DNA of 64,000 nucleotides, taken from positions 1,216,001 through 1,280,000 of the forward strand of contig CBDETY010000003.1 of NCBI GenBank assembly GCA_965243025.1, given 5' to 3'. This DNA comes from Candidatus Latescibacterota bacterium (GTDB lineage Bacteria; Latescibacterota; UBA2968; UBA8231). The notes below the pieces were generated by a model, which did not search any database, was not told the origin of the DNA, and saw nothing but the letters and a program-made list of their open reading frames with translations. Positions 20,786 through 30,582 of the stretch are shown here, in pieces (within the stretch, counting starts at the first letter, position 1; every line of letters begins with the position of its first letter). A program made the position numbers and the translations under genes.

Positions 20786-21913
20786 ATGCGCATCGTCGAC
20801 AGCGGTATCCTCCACGTCAACCCGGAGCCCGCCTACCGGCACGTCTCCATCTTCTACCCAAACGTCGTGCAGCTTTCGGAGAGCGAGCTTCTGTGCGTGT
20901 ACCAGCACGGCGACGGACTGTACGCGCCGAACAACACCCTCGGGGTGCTCCGTTCGCTCGACGGAGGCCGCACCTGGGAAGACGAGGGTGACCTGCACGA
21001 CCGCTCCCGGGACGACCGTCCCTGTTCCTACATGGCCAGCTTCCTGTCGCGGATGGGCGACGGAACCCTGGCGGTGTCCCCGTTCCGCATCGACCGCAGC
21101 GACCCGGGAGTTCGTCTCTTCGACGACAATGCCGGACTGATCGACAACGATCCCATCCTGTTCACCTCATCCGACGGGGGCCGCACCTGGTCGGATCCGC
21201 AGGTCCAGGAGTTGCCAGGCGGCATGAACCTCACTGCGGCGCAGGGGCTGGTCGAGCTCGACGACGGCCGCTGGCTGGCGACCTTCGACCAGTGGCCTGC
21301 GTTCGGCGGTTCCGGGGCCTACGAGCCGCGCATGTGGTCCTGCACCTCCGCGGACCGCGGCCGCACCTGGAGCGGCATGACGGTCATGGCCGACGGCGCC
21401 GGGGAAGGCAAGGGGTACTGGCACGGCCGCGCCCTCAGGCTGTCGGACGGCCGCATCTTCTCGCTGCTGTGGGCGGCGGACATGACCCGGCCGCAAAAGG
21501 GGCCGGTCAACCTGAAGAACCACTTCACGGTCTCCGATCCGGCGGCCAGCGCCTGGGAGAAACCGGCGGAGACCAACCTTCCTGGGCAGACCAGCTGCAC
21601 GGCGCAGCTTGCCGACGGCCGCCTCGCCGCGGTCTACACCTGCCGCGAGGCCGGCAGTCCCGGTTTCTTCGTGGCCCTGTCAGAAGATCTCGGCCCCACC
21701 TGGGACCTCGGGAGCCAGGTGCAGGTGTGGGACGCCAGCGGCTGGACGGCCATCGGTTACGACAGCGCCGAGAAGTACCCGCACAGCCACGACACCATCG
21801 CCTATGGAGCTCCTTCTCTGATCGTGCTGACGGGCGGGGAGCTGCTGGCGACCTGGTGGTGCACCGGGGCCAGCCTGGTGCACGCCCGCTGGGCGAAGCT
21901 CGCGGTCGATTGA
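20786..21913 (+). CDS. Sialidase-like BNR/Asp-box beta-propeller
   Basis: Asp boxes SLDGGRTW, SSDGGRTW, SADRGRTW, SEDLGPTW. Confidence 0.85.
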   Translation: MRIVDSGILHVNPEPAYRHVSIFYPNVVQLSESELLCVYQHGDGLYAPNNTLGVLRSLDGGRTWEDEGDLHDRSRDDRPCSYMASFLSRMGDGTLAVSPFRIDRSDPGVRLFDDNAGLIDNDPILFTSSDGGRTWSDPQVQELPGGMNLTAAQGLVELDDGRWLATFDQWPAFGGSGAYEPRMWSCTSADRGRTWSGMTVMADGAGEGKGYWHGRALRLSDGRIFSLLWAADMTRPQKGPVNLKNHFTVSDPAASAWEKPAETNLPGQTSCTAQLADGRLAAVYTCREAGSPGFFVALSEDLGPTWDLGSQVQVWDASGWTAIGYDSAEKYPHSHDTIAYGAPSLIVLTGGELLATWWCTGASLVHARWAKLAVD

Positions 21914-21994
21914 CCCCCCGGAGCAGGTCCGGGCTGTTCGATGCCGGGAGGGGAAACACGGGGAGTGGACCGGCGGTCCGGCTTTGCCGGGCGG

Positions 21995-23098
21995 TCAGGG
22001 TCTCCAGATCGTCGCCGCGGAGTGGGTGACGTTGTCGGCGGGCGTGATGTAGTAGGCGGTCAGAACCTCGCTCTCGGCGAGCTGGATCGAAAAGGGGTAG
22101 CCGACGTCTCCGGCGCCGGTTCCCTCGCCGCGATGGGGGGAATGGCCGCCCCCGTCATCCCGCAGGACTACGGGGTTGTCGGTATCCCAGGTCTCGCCGT
22201 CGTCCTCGCTCAGCAGGGCGCGCACCCCCATCGGGTGCCGCCGGTACCCATGGGTGCAGAGGACGCGCCCGTCCTTGAGCTTCATCAGGTGGGCGGGATG
22301 GCCCCAGATCCCGGTCCTTGCCGGTTCGCTCCAGGTCACGCCTCCGTCCTCGGACCACAACTGCAGGAGACGGTGGTCATGCGGATCGGACTCCCCTCGC
22401 ACGAGAGCGGTCAGCCTGCCCGGACCGGTTTCGCAGATCGCCGCTTCGCTGGCGGGAACCCCGGCGGCGTGCGCGCACAGGTCGTGCAGGCGCCAGGTAC
22501 GTCCGCGGTCGGCCGAACGCAGGGCGTAGGGCCGCTGCAGGCCCTCCTGGTCGACGCCGTAGACGCCGACGACGATGGTTCCGTCCGCCATCAGGGTGCC
22601 GCGGTTGAAACACCACATCCCCCGGACGCCGGCCACCTCCCACTCGCGCCGCTCCCAGGTCCGCCCCCCGTCCGGGGAACGCTGGCAGCACAGGAGCGGC
22701 GATTGCACCGCGATCCATTCCGGCCGCTCCGGGATCTCGCGGATCCAGCGCCCCAGTGAGCGGGCCTCTTCCAGCCGGCTTGCCTCCCAGGCTTCGAAGC
22801 CGCGGGCGCCGACGGCGACGAAGGTCCCGTCGGGCAGGATGACGGCGAAGCGGTCCATGCGCTCGTCCGCGGTCGCCGCGGGCCAGTTTGCCGGGTGGGC
22901 GGGATCGCCGCTCGCCTCCCAGCTGCGCCCTTCGTCTCGCGAGGCGAAGGCGAGAAACCTCCCGAAAACAGACGCCCCGGGATGGCTGCCGACAGGGGAG
23001 GTGACGACGCCGGCCCCGATGCCGCCGTCGGGCAGCCGCCAGAGAACCGGCCACGGGGAGTAGGCATTCTCGTCCCGGTAGAGCACGGCGTGCTGCAT
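21995..23098 (-). CDS. Sialidase-like BNR/Asp-box beta-propeller
   Basis: Asp boxes SRDEGRSW, SPDGGRTW, SADRGRTW, SEDGGVTW, SEDDGETW; D.GYP. Confidence 0.85.
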   Translation of the reverse strand: MQHAVLYRDENAYSPWPVLWRLPDGGIGAGVVTSPVGSHPGASVFGRFLAFASRDEGRSWEASGDPAHPANWPAATADERMDRFAVILPDGTFVAVGARGFEAWEASRLEEARSLGRWIREIPERPEWIAVQSPLLCCQRSPDGGRTWERREWEVAGVRGMWCFNRGTLMADGTIVVGVYGVDQEGLQRPYALRSADRGRTWRLHDLCAHAAGVPASEAAICETGPGRLTALVRGESDPHDHRLLQLWSEDGGVTWSEPARTGIWGHPAHLMKLKDGRVLCTHGYRRHPMGVRALLSEDDGETWDTDNPVVLRDDGGGHSPHRGEGTGAGDVGYPFSIQLAESEVLTAYYITPADNVTHSAATIWRP

Positions 23099-23106
23099 GG
23101 TACGGC

Positions 23107-23895
23107 TCAGTTTCGGTCATCCCGGCGCCAGGCCTCGTACTCGGCGCGGCCTTCATCGTTGAGTGGGTAGTACTTGTAGAGCGACCCCCCCTCGGTCAGC
23201 TTCATGCGGCTGAAGCTCTCCCAGTCCTCGTGCTCCCTGGTGATTTCGGCGACCGCGGCCGCCATCTGCAGCGGCACCACCACGGCTCCGTCGTCGTCGG
23301 CGATGATTACGTCTCCCGGCATGACGAGGACGCTGGCGACCGCGACCGGAACGTTGCAGGCCCATGGAAACAGGTGAGTCTGCGAAGCGTAGTTCGGGGT
23401 GAAGCCGCGCAGCCACATCGGGAGGCCGATCTCGCGGATGCGCGGCCAGTCGCGGACGCAGCCGTCGGCGACCAGGCCGACACCTCCCTGCACCTTGAAA
23501 TAGGTCGTCAGCATCTCCCCCACGCAGCCGGTGTACATGTCTCCGTAGGCCTGGATGCAGAGCAGGTCTCCCGGCTGCACGTGGCGGAAGACCTGCCACA
23601 GGGCCGACGACTTTTCGACGTTTTCCTGGGCCGCGCCCGAAGCGACGTCTTCGCGCTGGGGCATGAACTGCAAGGTGAGGGCGGAGCCGACGACCTTGGC
23701 GCCCGGGGTGCGCGGCCTCGGTCCCTGAATGAAGGTCTGGCGAATTCCCATCTTGTGCAGCATGGCCGCGGCCGTGGCGCTGCTGACCTCCCGCATCTCC
23801 TCGAGAAGCTCCGGGGACGGGCGTTTGTAGGGTGCCCCCTGGATCGGGAGTTCCAGTCCCTCTGGCGGTCTCAGCTCGACATCGGGTGCATTCAT
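23107..23895 (-). CDS. RraA-like / HMG-CHA aldolase family protein
   Basis: VG.ALTLQF.P.RED, G.VGEML, VADGCVRD, V.PGDVIIADDDGAVVVP. Confidence 0.85.
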   Translation of the reverse strand: MNAPDVELRPPEGLELPIQGAPYKRPSPELLEEMREVSSATAAAMLHKMGIRQTFIQGPRPRTPGAKVVGSALTLQFMPQREDVASGAAQENVEKSSALWQVFRHVQPGDLLCIQAYGDMYTGCVGEMLTTYFKVQGGVGLVADGCVRDWPRIREIGLPMWLRGFTPNYASQTHLFPWACNVPVAVASVLVMPGDVIIADDDGAVVVPLQMAAAVAEITREHEDWESFSRMKLTEGGSLYKYYPLNDEGRAEYEAWRRDDRN

Positions 23896-24273
23896 CTTCT
23901 TCTCCGTGGGCCGGTCAAGCCGGCGGGGTATCGGGTGAAGGGATTCCGGTTCGCAGCTGGTTCGCTAAGAAGACCTAAAAGTCCGGAAAGGGAAACAGCT
24001 CCGCTCCGGCATTCCCGGGATGCGCAGGGATGCTCGTCCGCTTTAATTAGCAAGGGTATCATCAAACCGCGGCACCGGGATTTCCGGGGGGCGCTGCAGA
24101 TCAGCCGGTATCCGGTGTCGGAAGCCAGCCTGCGGGCAGGCGCGCCAACGCGCCAGGAGATTCGGGTGATTCCGGGAAGGGCATTCATCGCGGCGGGCCG
24201 GCAGGCTGCTCATTCCATCTTCCACCATCCTGCCCGGGACGGAGGACAGCGAGTGGCTTATTTTATCCAGACA

Positions 24274-26274
24274 ATGGAAACGAAGAGATTGCCCATCTGC
24301 GCGGCGGCATTGTTCGCCGTCGCCCTCTACTGGACGGAATCCGGCGCCCTCACGATCTACCGCTTCGGGGGCGAGGAACTGCCGCCCCCTCACGAGGCGG
24401 AGAACGAGGGAGTCGTGTTCATCCCGCGCAGCTGGGCCGATCCCGTCGATGAAGACCTGGGGGGTGAAGTCTACCAGGTGGATCTCGGCGACCGCACCCT
24501 CAAGGCTCTCCAGTACGACCCCGGGATCAACATGGCTCCAACCGCAAAGGAGCGGGGGGAAGGTATCCGGGTGTCCACGAGGCAGGCCGATCACGAAAAG
24601 GCTGTGGACGGCGACCTGTCGACCGCCTGGTTTCCCGCCCAGTACCTTTGCGCCAACTACGATCCCAACCAGGTCGGCAGCAGGAGATGCCCGGCGAACA
24701 GCGACTACCTGGCCCCCCCTCCTCCCTACTTCCTCGGCGGCGGCCGCCGGTTCATCGCCGGCGGATACGGTCTCGGAGGCTGGACCTTCGGCCTCGGCGG
24801 ACTGTTCCTCATCGAAAAGGTCAGGATCATCTCCGGTCTCGAGGACGAGAGCGGGATCATGAAGAACTTCAAGCTCCTCGCCGCGGCGGGAAGCACTGCC
24901 GATCCCCGGGGCAGCATCCAGCATTTCAACGAGATCGTCGAGATCAGGGGAAACCAGCGGAAGGTTCTCGACATCGAGTTCCCTCCCGGTCAGCGGTTCG
25001 ATTTCCTGTCGATCCTGCACGCCGAGCACAACACCCCCTGGGCGGTGCACGAGGTGGAGGTTTACGCGCGGGGATTCGTCGAAAGGTCCTCGTACGTTTC
25101 CGAGGTCATCGAGTTCGACCGCGACATGGCCTGGGGCGAGCTTTCCTGGTCGGGGACCCGGGATCCCGGTGCGGAGATGCTCATCCACACCCGCAGCGGC
25201 AACACCTCCGACCAGAACCTCTACTGGCGGTTCACGGGGCTCGGGGGAACGGTGCAGGTGGAGGACGCCAAGGCCTACAACCGCCTCGCCCTCGGCGAGA
25301 GGGCGGGAACCACGTACGACCGCGACAACTGGACCTTCTGGTCGGCTCCGTACGACCTGCCGGACAGCTCGGGAACCCCGATTGTCAGCCTCGGGCCCCG
25401 CAGGTTCCTGCAGTTCAAGGTCGACATGCTTCCCGGGGAGGATTCGGGAAGCGAGCTCAGGTTCCTGGAGTTCCGCGCCTCCGAGCCGCTGGCGGCCAGG
25501 CTGGTCGGCGAGGTGTATCCGACCCGGGCGCCGGTTGCCGAGCCAACGTCGTTCACCTATTACCTGCGACCGTCGATTTCGGGGGACAACTCCGGTTTCG
25601 ACGGCCTCGAGATGACGACCACCTCGATCGTCAACGCGGTCAGCCAGGTGCGGATCGGGGAGCGGGAATGGCCCTTCTCGATCACCCCTCTCGATACCGA
25701 CGGAAGTGAACTGCCGGAATTTCCCGCGCATCGCTTCGAGTTGACTCTCGTCGACACCAAGCTGGTATCGCGGGCCAGCAGCACCCCGGTCGAGATCGAC
25801 TTCGAGGCTCGCGTGTTGAGGTCCGGTTCGGTCTTCGACCTGCGGGTCTTCGACAGCGGACGTCCCCTGGAGGTGCGGCAGAGCGTGGCGGAAGGGGATG
25901 CCAACAACCTGATAGAAGGGGACCGGGTGTCGGTGACGACTACCGCCGACGCCTCGTCCCTGCTGCAGGCCGTGGTGTCTCCGGCGGTCTTCACTCCCAA
26001 CGGAGACCAGGTCAACGACGCCGTCCGCATCTCCTACGATCTGCTGGAAATCATCGGGCTCGCCTCGGTCACCATTGACATTACCGATCTGTCAGGCCGC
26101 GTGGTCAGACGCCTTTACGAGGGAGACGACGCCATCGGCAACTACCGGAGGGAGTGGGACGGCAGGGACGGGTCGGGGGAGATGGTCCCCCCCGGGATAT
26201 ACCTCTACTCCATCGTGGCCGATACCGACCGGGGCAGGGTGGCCAGACTCGGCAGCCTCAACATCGCCCGCTGA
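24274..26274 (+). CDS. Secreted protein with C-terminal FlgD-Ig-like domain
   Basis: Signal peptide METKR...SGA-LTIYRFGG; AVDGDLSTAW, EVEVYARGFV, TRSG, NWTFWSAPY, FTPNGDQVND, WDGRDGSG..VPPGIY. Confidence 0.88.
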   Translation: METKRLPICAAALFAVALYWTESGALTIYRFGGEELPPPHEAENEGVVFIPRSWADPVDEDLGGEVYQVDLGDRTLKALQYDPGINMAPTAKERGEGIRVSTRQADHEKAVDGDLSTAWFPAQYLCANYDPNQVGSRRCPANSDYLAPPPPYFLGGGRRFIAGGYGLGGWTFGLGGLFLIEKVRIISGLEDESGIMKNFKLLAAAGSTADPRGSIQHFNEIVEIRGNQRKVLDIEFPPGQRFDFLSILHAEHNTPWAVHEVEVYARGFVERSSYVSEVIEFDRDMAWGELSWSGTRDPGAEMLIHTRSGNTSDQNLYWRFTGLGGTVQVEDAKAYNRLALGERAGTTYDRDNWTFWSAPYDLPDSSGTPIVSLGPRRFLQFKVDMLPGEDSGSELRFLEFRASEPLAARLVGEVYPTRAPVAEPTSFTYYLRPSISGDNSGFDGLEMTTTSIVNAVSQVRIGEREWPFSITPLDTDGSELPEFPAHRFELTLVDTKLVSRASSTPVEIDFEARVLRSGSVFDLRVFDSGRPLEVRQSVAEGDANNLIEGDRVSVTTTADASSLLQAVVSPAVFTPNGDQVNDAVRISYDLLEIIGLASVTIDITDLSGRVVRRLYEGDDAIGNYRREWDGRDGSGEMVPPGIYLYSIVADTDRGRVARLGSLNIAR

Positions 26275-26446
26275 CAGCCGTACTGCGGCGCGGCGGATCC
26301 CCGGGGGCCGGGGATCGGTCGCGCCATCTTCCCAGGCGTTAAGAAACCCGACGATCTGAAGACCGATGCCGGTGTCTTGGCGACGGGGCCGGGCACCCCC
26401 GGGGACCTCCGGTCTGGCCAGCCGTCGTCCGGGCAGGGCCGGCCCG

Positions 26447-28291
26447 TCAGGCTGCCGGCAGGGTGAAACCGAAAGTCGACCCGCGGCCGAGCACGCTGTC
26501 GACGAAGACGCGCTCGCCGTGCGCCTCGACCACGTGGCGGACGATGGAGAGCCCGAGGCCGGTTCCCCCCATTTCCCGGGAGCGGCCCTTGTCGACGCGA
26601 TAGAAGCGCTCGAAAACCCGCGTGACCGCCTCGGACGGGATGCCGATCCCGGTATCGGCGACCTCGAGGACGATGGTGGGAACCCCTCTTCCGCCGTCTT
26701 CGGCAGGATCCTGCACGGCCCCGCCGCTCCAGCTCTTCCCGGCGAGGAAGGGCTTCAAATCCTCCCTGGACAGGACCCGGGCGCCGACTTCGACCCGTCC
26801 GTTTTCAGCCGAGTACTTCACCGCGTTCCCGATCAGGTTGACCAGGGCCTGCTCGATCAGCTTGCGGTCGCACAGGGCGCGCGTCTCCGCCGTCACCGAA
26901 ACCTCGATGTGGATCTTCCGGCGCGCCGCCATCTGGGCAACCGACTCGACCGAGGACTCCGCCAGGGCCCGCAGGTTGCAGGGGGCCGGATCGATCTCGA
27001 GTTCATCCGCCTCGAGGCGGGAGAGGTCGAGAAGGTCGTTCAGCAGGTTGGTCAGGCGGTCTGAATGAGTGGCGATTACCTGGAGAAAACGCCCTGCCGC
27101 TTCGCCGTCGTCGATGGCCCCGTCGACGAGCGTCTCCGCACAGCCCTTGATTGCGGTCAGAGGGGTTCGCAGCTCGTGCGACACGTTGGCGACGAAATCC
27201 TTGCGCATGGTCTCCAGGCGGCGCTGGCGGGTGATGTCGTAAAACACCGCAACCGTCCCGCGGCCGAGACGCTCGGTAACGACCGGCGCCACCCTGATGT
27301 CGATATGGCGCTCTTCGCCGCTGAGCTCGACCTCGAGATCCGTTCCCCTCCCCGACCTCGAGGTTTCGGCGATCGCTTCCTCGACGCGGGTGTTGCGCAC
27401 CAGCTCGACAAGGGGCATGCCGGGACGCCAGGCGTCGAGCCCGAACATTCCGGTCAGGGCGGGATTGGCCAGGAGGACGCGATTGTCGGGGCCGGTTACC
27501 AGGATCCCTTCGGAGACGCTGTCGAGAATGGTCTCGAGCCGCGTTTTCTCGGTGCTGAGCTGGACGACGCGATCCTGGATCTGGCTGTACATGTCGCGCA
27601 GGGCCCTGGCGAGGTCGTGGAGCTCCCTGGCCGCCAGGGCGGTTCCAGGTATGTGGCCGCCGTATTCCCCGGTGGCCATCTCCCGGGCGCTGCGGGTCAT
27701 CTCGACCACCGGGCGCGATTCGAAGCGCGAAGCCCCGTAGGCGAGGACGATGGCGACAGCGAGGCCGAGCAGGGAGGCCAGCCAGACGGCGTCCCGGACA
27801 TGGTCCTGCACATTTTCGACCTCGTCGAGCGGCATCGCCAGGCGCAGCACGAGCCGGTCGTCGCCGGGAACGAGCCGGGCGACGTAGAGCATGTCGGTCT
27901 TCAGGGTGTTGCTGAAGCGCAGGCTGCGGCCGACGCCCCCGGCCCGGGCCGCTTTCACCTCGGGCCTGTCGGCGTGGTTGTCGAGCCCTGGCAGGGCTGC
28001 TGTTGGAACCTGGGAATCGCCGACCACCACGCCGTCGGCGTCGATGAGGGTCAGACGCAGGGCAAGGCGGTGGCCCAGGAGGTCGGCCTGGGCGTCGAAC
28101 GCTTCGACGTCGAGCGTCGGCTGCATCCGCTGCCAGGTCTCGCCGGCCAGCCGCGAGTCACGGGCGAGGTTGTCGGCGATGTGGTCGACGAGGAAGTTCC
28201 GCAGGTTGCGGTCGAGGTACCACTGGACGCAGACCAGGACCACGACGACCACCAGCACGTAGGTCACCATCAGTTTCCAGTGGAGGCGCAT
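26447..28291 (-). CDS. phoR: Phosphate regulon sensor histidine kinase
   Basis: Two TM, HAMP, PAS, DFVANVSHELRTPLT, NL..NAVKY, FERFYRVDK.RSR..GGTGLGLSIV; in pst-pho operon. Confidence 0.92.
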   Translation of the reverse strand: MRLHWKLMVTYVLVVVVVLVCVQWYLDRNLRNFLVDHIADNLARDSRLAGETWQRMQPTLDVEAFDAQADLLGHRLALRLTLIDADGVVVGDSQVPTAALPGLDNHADRPEVKAARAGGVGRSLRFSNTLKTDMLYVARLVPGDDRLVLRLAMPLDEVENVQDHVRDAVWLASLLGLAVAIVLAYGASRFESRPVVEMTRSAREMATGEYGGHIPGTALAARELHDLARALRDMYSQIQDRVVQLSTEKTRLETILDSVSEGILVTGPDNRVLLANPALTGMFGLDAWRPGMPLVELVRNTRVEEAIAETSRSGRGTDLEVELSGEERHIDIRVAPVVTERLGRGTVAVFYDITRQRRLETMRKDFVANVSHELRTPLTAIKGCAETLVDGAIDDGEAAGRFLQVIATHSDRLTNLLNDLLDLSRLEADELEIDPAPCNLRALAESSVESVAQMAARRKIHIEVSVTAETRALCDRKLIEQALVNLIGNAVKYSAENGRVEVGARVLSREDLKPFLAGKSWSGGAVQDPAEDGGRGVPTIVLEVADTGIGIPSEAVTRVFERFYRVDKGRSREMGGTGLGLSIVRHVVEAHGERVFVDSVLGRGSTFGFTLPAA

Positions 28292-28319
28292 GTCGCTAAC
28301 GTGCGGGAGGTTACAGGTG

Positions 28320-29024
28320 CTACTCGACCCAGCGTTTGAAGCGGTAACCGACGCCGCGCACGGTCTCGACCAGCGAGGCGTCGGCTCCGAGCTTTTCGCG
28401 CAGCCGCCTGACGTGGGTGTCGACGGTGCGCGCGTAACCGGCGTACTCGTACTCCCAGACGGTGGTGAGCAGCTCCTGGCGGCTCTGCACCCGCCCGCGG
28501 CGCTCGACGAGAGTGCGCAGCAGCTTGAACTCCGTCGCCGTCAGCTCGAGGGGCTCCCCGCGCAGACAGGCGCGGTACTCCAGGGGGTCGATGCGCAGGG
28601 GACCCGCCTCGATCGCGGCGCCTTCCTCCGCCGGGGGGGCCTCCCGGCCGGCGCGGCTGCGCCGCAGAATCGCCCGCACCCTCAGCACCAGCTCCCGGGG
28701 GGAGAACGGCTTGACCACGTAGTCGTCGGCTCCCAGCTCGAGACCGACGATGCGGTCCACCTCCTCGGACCTCGCCGTAAGCATCAGCACCGGTATCTCC
28801 CTGGCCGCCTCGTTCTGCTTCAGCATGCGGCAGACTTCGAGGCCGTCGACACCGGGCAGCATCAGGTCGAGGATGACGAGGTCGGGATCCTCCCGCTCGA
28901 TGCTCTCGAGGGCGGTCTCGCCGTCGTCGGCGGTCGCCACTTCGAATCCGGATTGCCTGAGATTGTAGCTGACGACTTCCTGGATGTCGGGTTCGTCCTC
29001 GACTACGAGCACTTTCGAGCTCAT
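28320..29024 (-). CDS. phoB: Phosphate regulon response regulator (OmpR/PhoB family)
   Basis: VLVVEDE, LDLMLP, GADDYVVKPFS, RTVDTHVRRLR.KL, TVRGVGYR; ATGA overlap with phoU. Confidence 0.92.
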   Translation of the reverse strand: MSSKVLVVEDEPDIQEVVSYNLRQSGFEVATADDGETALESIEREDPDLVILDLMLPGVDGLEVCRMLKQNEAAREIPVLMLTARSEEVDRIVGLELGADDYVVKPFSPRELVLRVRAILRRSRAGREAPPAEEGAAIEAGPLRIDPLEYRACLRGEPLELTATEFKLLRTLVERRGRVQSRQELLTTVWEYEYAGYARTVDTHVRRLREKLGADASLVETVRGVGYRFKRWVE

Positions 29025-29728
29025 GGTTCGACTCCATCGGTAGGTGGTCCCTTGCCCTCCCCCCACCAGGATTCCTTCTGGTGGCGGACGATTCTGCCCT
29101 CGACCAGGAAGGCGGCGTTCTCGGCGATGTTGGAAGCGTGATCGCCGATGCGTTCGAAGTGCCTGCTTATCAGGATCAGGTGAATGGCGCGGTCGACGGT
29201 GTCCGGCTGGCCGCCTTTCAGGTAGGTGAGAAGCTCGCGGAAGATCTGGTCCCGCAGCATGTCGACGTCGTCGTCGCGCCTGCACACCTGGCGGGCGACG
29301 TCGACGTTGCGCCGCACGAAGGCGTCGAGGGCGTCCTTGACCATGCGCTGGGTCATCTCGGACATGCGCGGGATGTCGATCAGCGGCTTGAGCAGCGGAA
29401 GCTTGTTGAGGACCAGGGCGCGCTCGGCGATGTTGACGGCCTGGTCGTTTATGCGCTCGAGGTCGTAGTTGACCTTCATCATCATGGCGAGCTGGCGCAG
29501 GTCCGAGGCGACCGGCTGGTGAGTCGCCAGCAGCTTGAGGATCTCCTCTTCGATCGCCACTTCCCAGTCGTCGATGCGGGCGTTGCCGGCGATCACCTCC
29601 TCGGCCAGGCGGTCGTCCTGGTCGACGAGGGCGCGGTTGGCGTCGGCGATCGATTCCTCGACGGCTGCCCCCATTTTCAGGAACTCGCTCTTCAGTTCGT
29701 CGATCTTGTGGGTCAGTTGTGATTCCAT
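29021..29728 (-). CDS. phoU: Phosphate signalling protein PhoU
   Basis: QPVASDLR, LERINDQA.NIA, DD.VD, ERIGDHASNIAE. Confidence 0.95.
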   Translation of the reverse strand: MESQLTHKIDELKSEFLKMGAAVEESIADANRALVDQDDRLAEEVIAGNARIDDWEVAIEEEILKLLATHQPVASDLRQLAMMMKVNYDLERINDQAVNIAERALVLNKLPLLKPLIDIPRMSEMTQRMVKDALDAFVRRNVDVARQVCRRDDDVDMLRDQIFRELLTYLKGGQPDTVDRAIHLILISRHFERIGDHASNIAENAAFLVEGRIVRHQKESWWGEGKGPPTDGVEP

Positions 29729-29746
29729 TTTTCGCTGTCCGCCGTC

Positions 29747-30574
29747 TCAGCCGAAACGGCCGGTTACGTAATCCTCGGTCTGGTCCAGGCGAGGATTGGT
29801 GAAGATCTGGTCGGTGCGCCCCATCTCGACGAGGCGGCCCATGTAGAAGAAGGCGGTGTAGTCCGAAACGCGGGAAGCCTGCTGCATGTTGTGGGTGACG
29901 ATGACGATGGTGTAGCGCTGCTTGAGCTCGGCGATCGTCTCCTCGACGCGCGCCGTGGCGATCGGGTCGAGGGCCGAGCAGGGCTCGTCCATCAGCAGCA
30001 CCGACGGCTCGACCGCCAGCGCCCGCGCGATGCACAGCCTCTGCTGCTGCCCTCCCGACAGCTCGAGGGCGTTGTCGTCGAGACGGTCCTTGACCTCCTC
30101 CCACAGGGCGGCCGACCTGAGGCCGTGCTCGACCGCTTCGTCGAGGGTGGACCTGTCCTTCTCCCCGGCGATGCGCAGGCCGTAGGCGACGTTCTCGTAC
30201 ACCGATTTGGGGAAGGGGTTCGGCCTCTGAAACACCATGCCGACGCGGCGGCGCAGGTCTATGGGGTCGAAACCGGGAGCGTAGATGTCCTCCCCCTCCA
30301 GGGTCAGGGTGCCCTCGATGCGGACCGAATCGATCAGATCGTTGAGGCGGTTGATGCAGCGCAGCAGGGTGGACTTGCCGCATCCGGAGGGGCCGATCAG
30401 GGCGCACACATGGTTCCCGGGGATCTGCAGGACGATCTGGAACAGCGCCTGGGTATCGCCGTAGTAGAGACTCAGGCTGCCGACGTCGATCACGGGCCTC
30501 GCGATCTCCACGGACGCCCTCCGGGGAACGACGTCGTCCCCCTCGGTCAGAACCCCGACAGCCGGATCGCTCAT
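29747..30574 (-). CDS. pstB: Phosphate ABC transporter ATP-binding protein
   Basis: [52 protein letters not shown]. Confidence 0.96.
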   Translation of the reverse strand: MSDPAVGVLTEGDDVVPRRASVEIARPVIDVGSLSLYYGDTQALFQIVLQIPGNHVCALIGPSGCGKSTLLRCINRLNDLIDSVRIEGTLTLEGEDIYAPGFDPIDLRRRVGMVFQRPNPFPKSVYENVAYGLRIAGEKDRSTLDEAVEHGLRSAALWEEVKDRLDDNALELSGGQQQRLCIARALAVEPSVLLMDEPCSALDPIATARVEETIAELKQRYTIVIVTHNMQQASRVSDYTAFFYMGRLVEMGRTDQIFTNPRLDQTEDYVTGRFG

Positions 30575-30582
30575 GGGGCAGT

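Noticed and set aside
23230-24273. N-terminal extension of the 1014-aa ORF
   Set aside because: Antisense to the RraA gene; the signal peptide begins at 24274.
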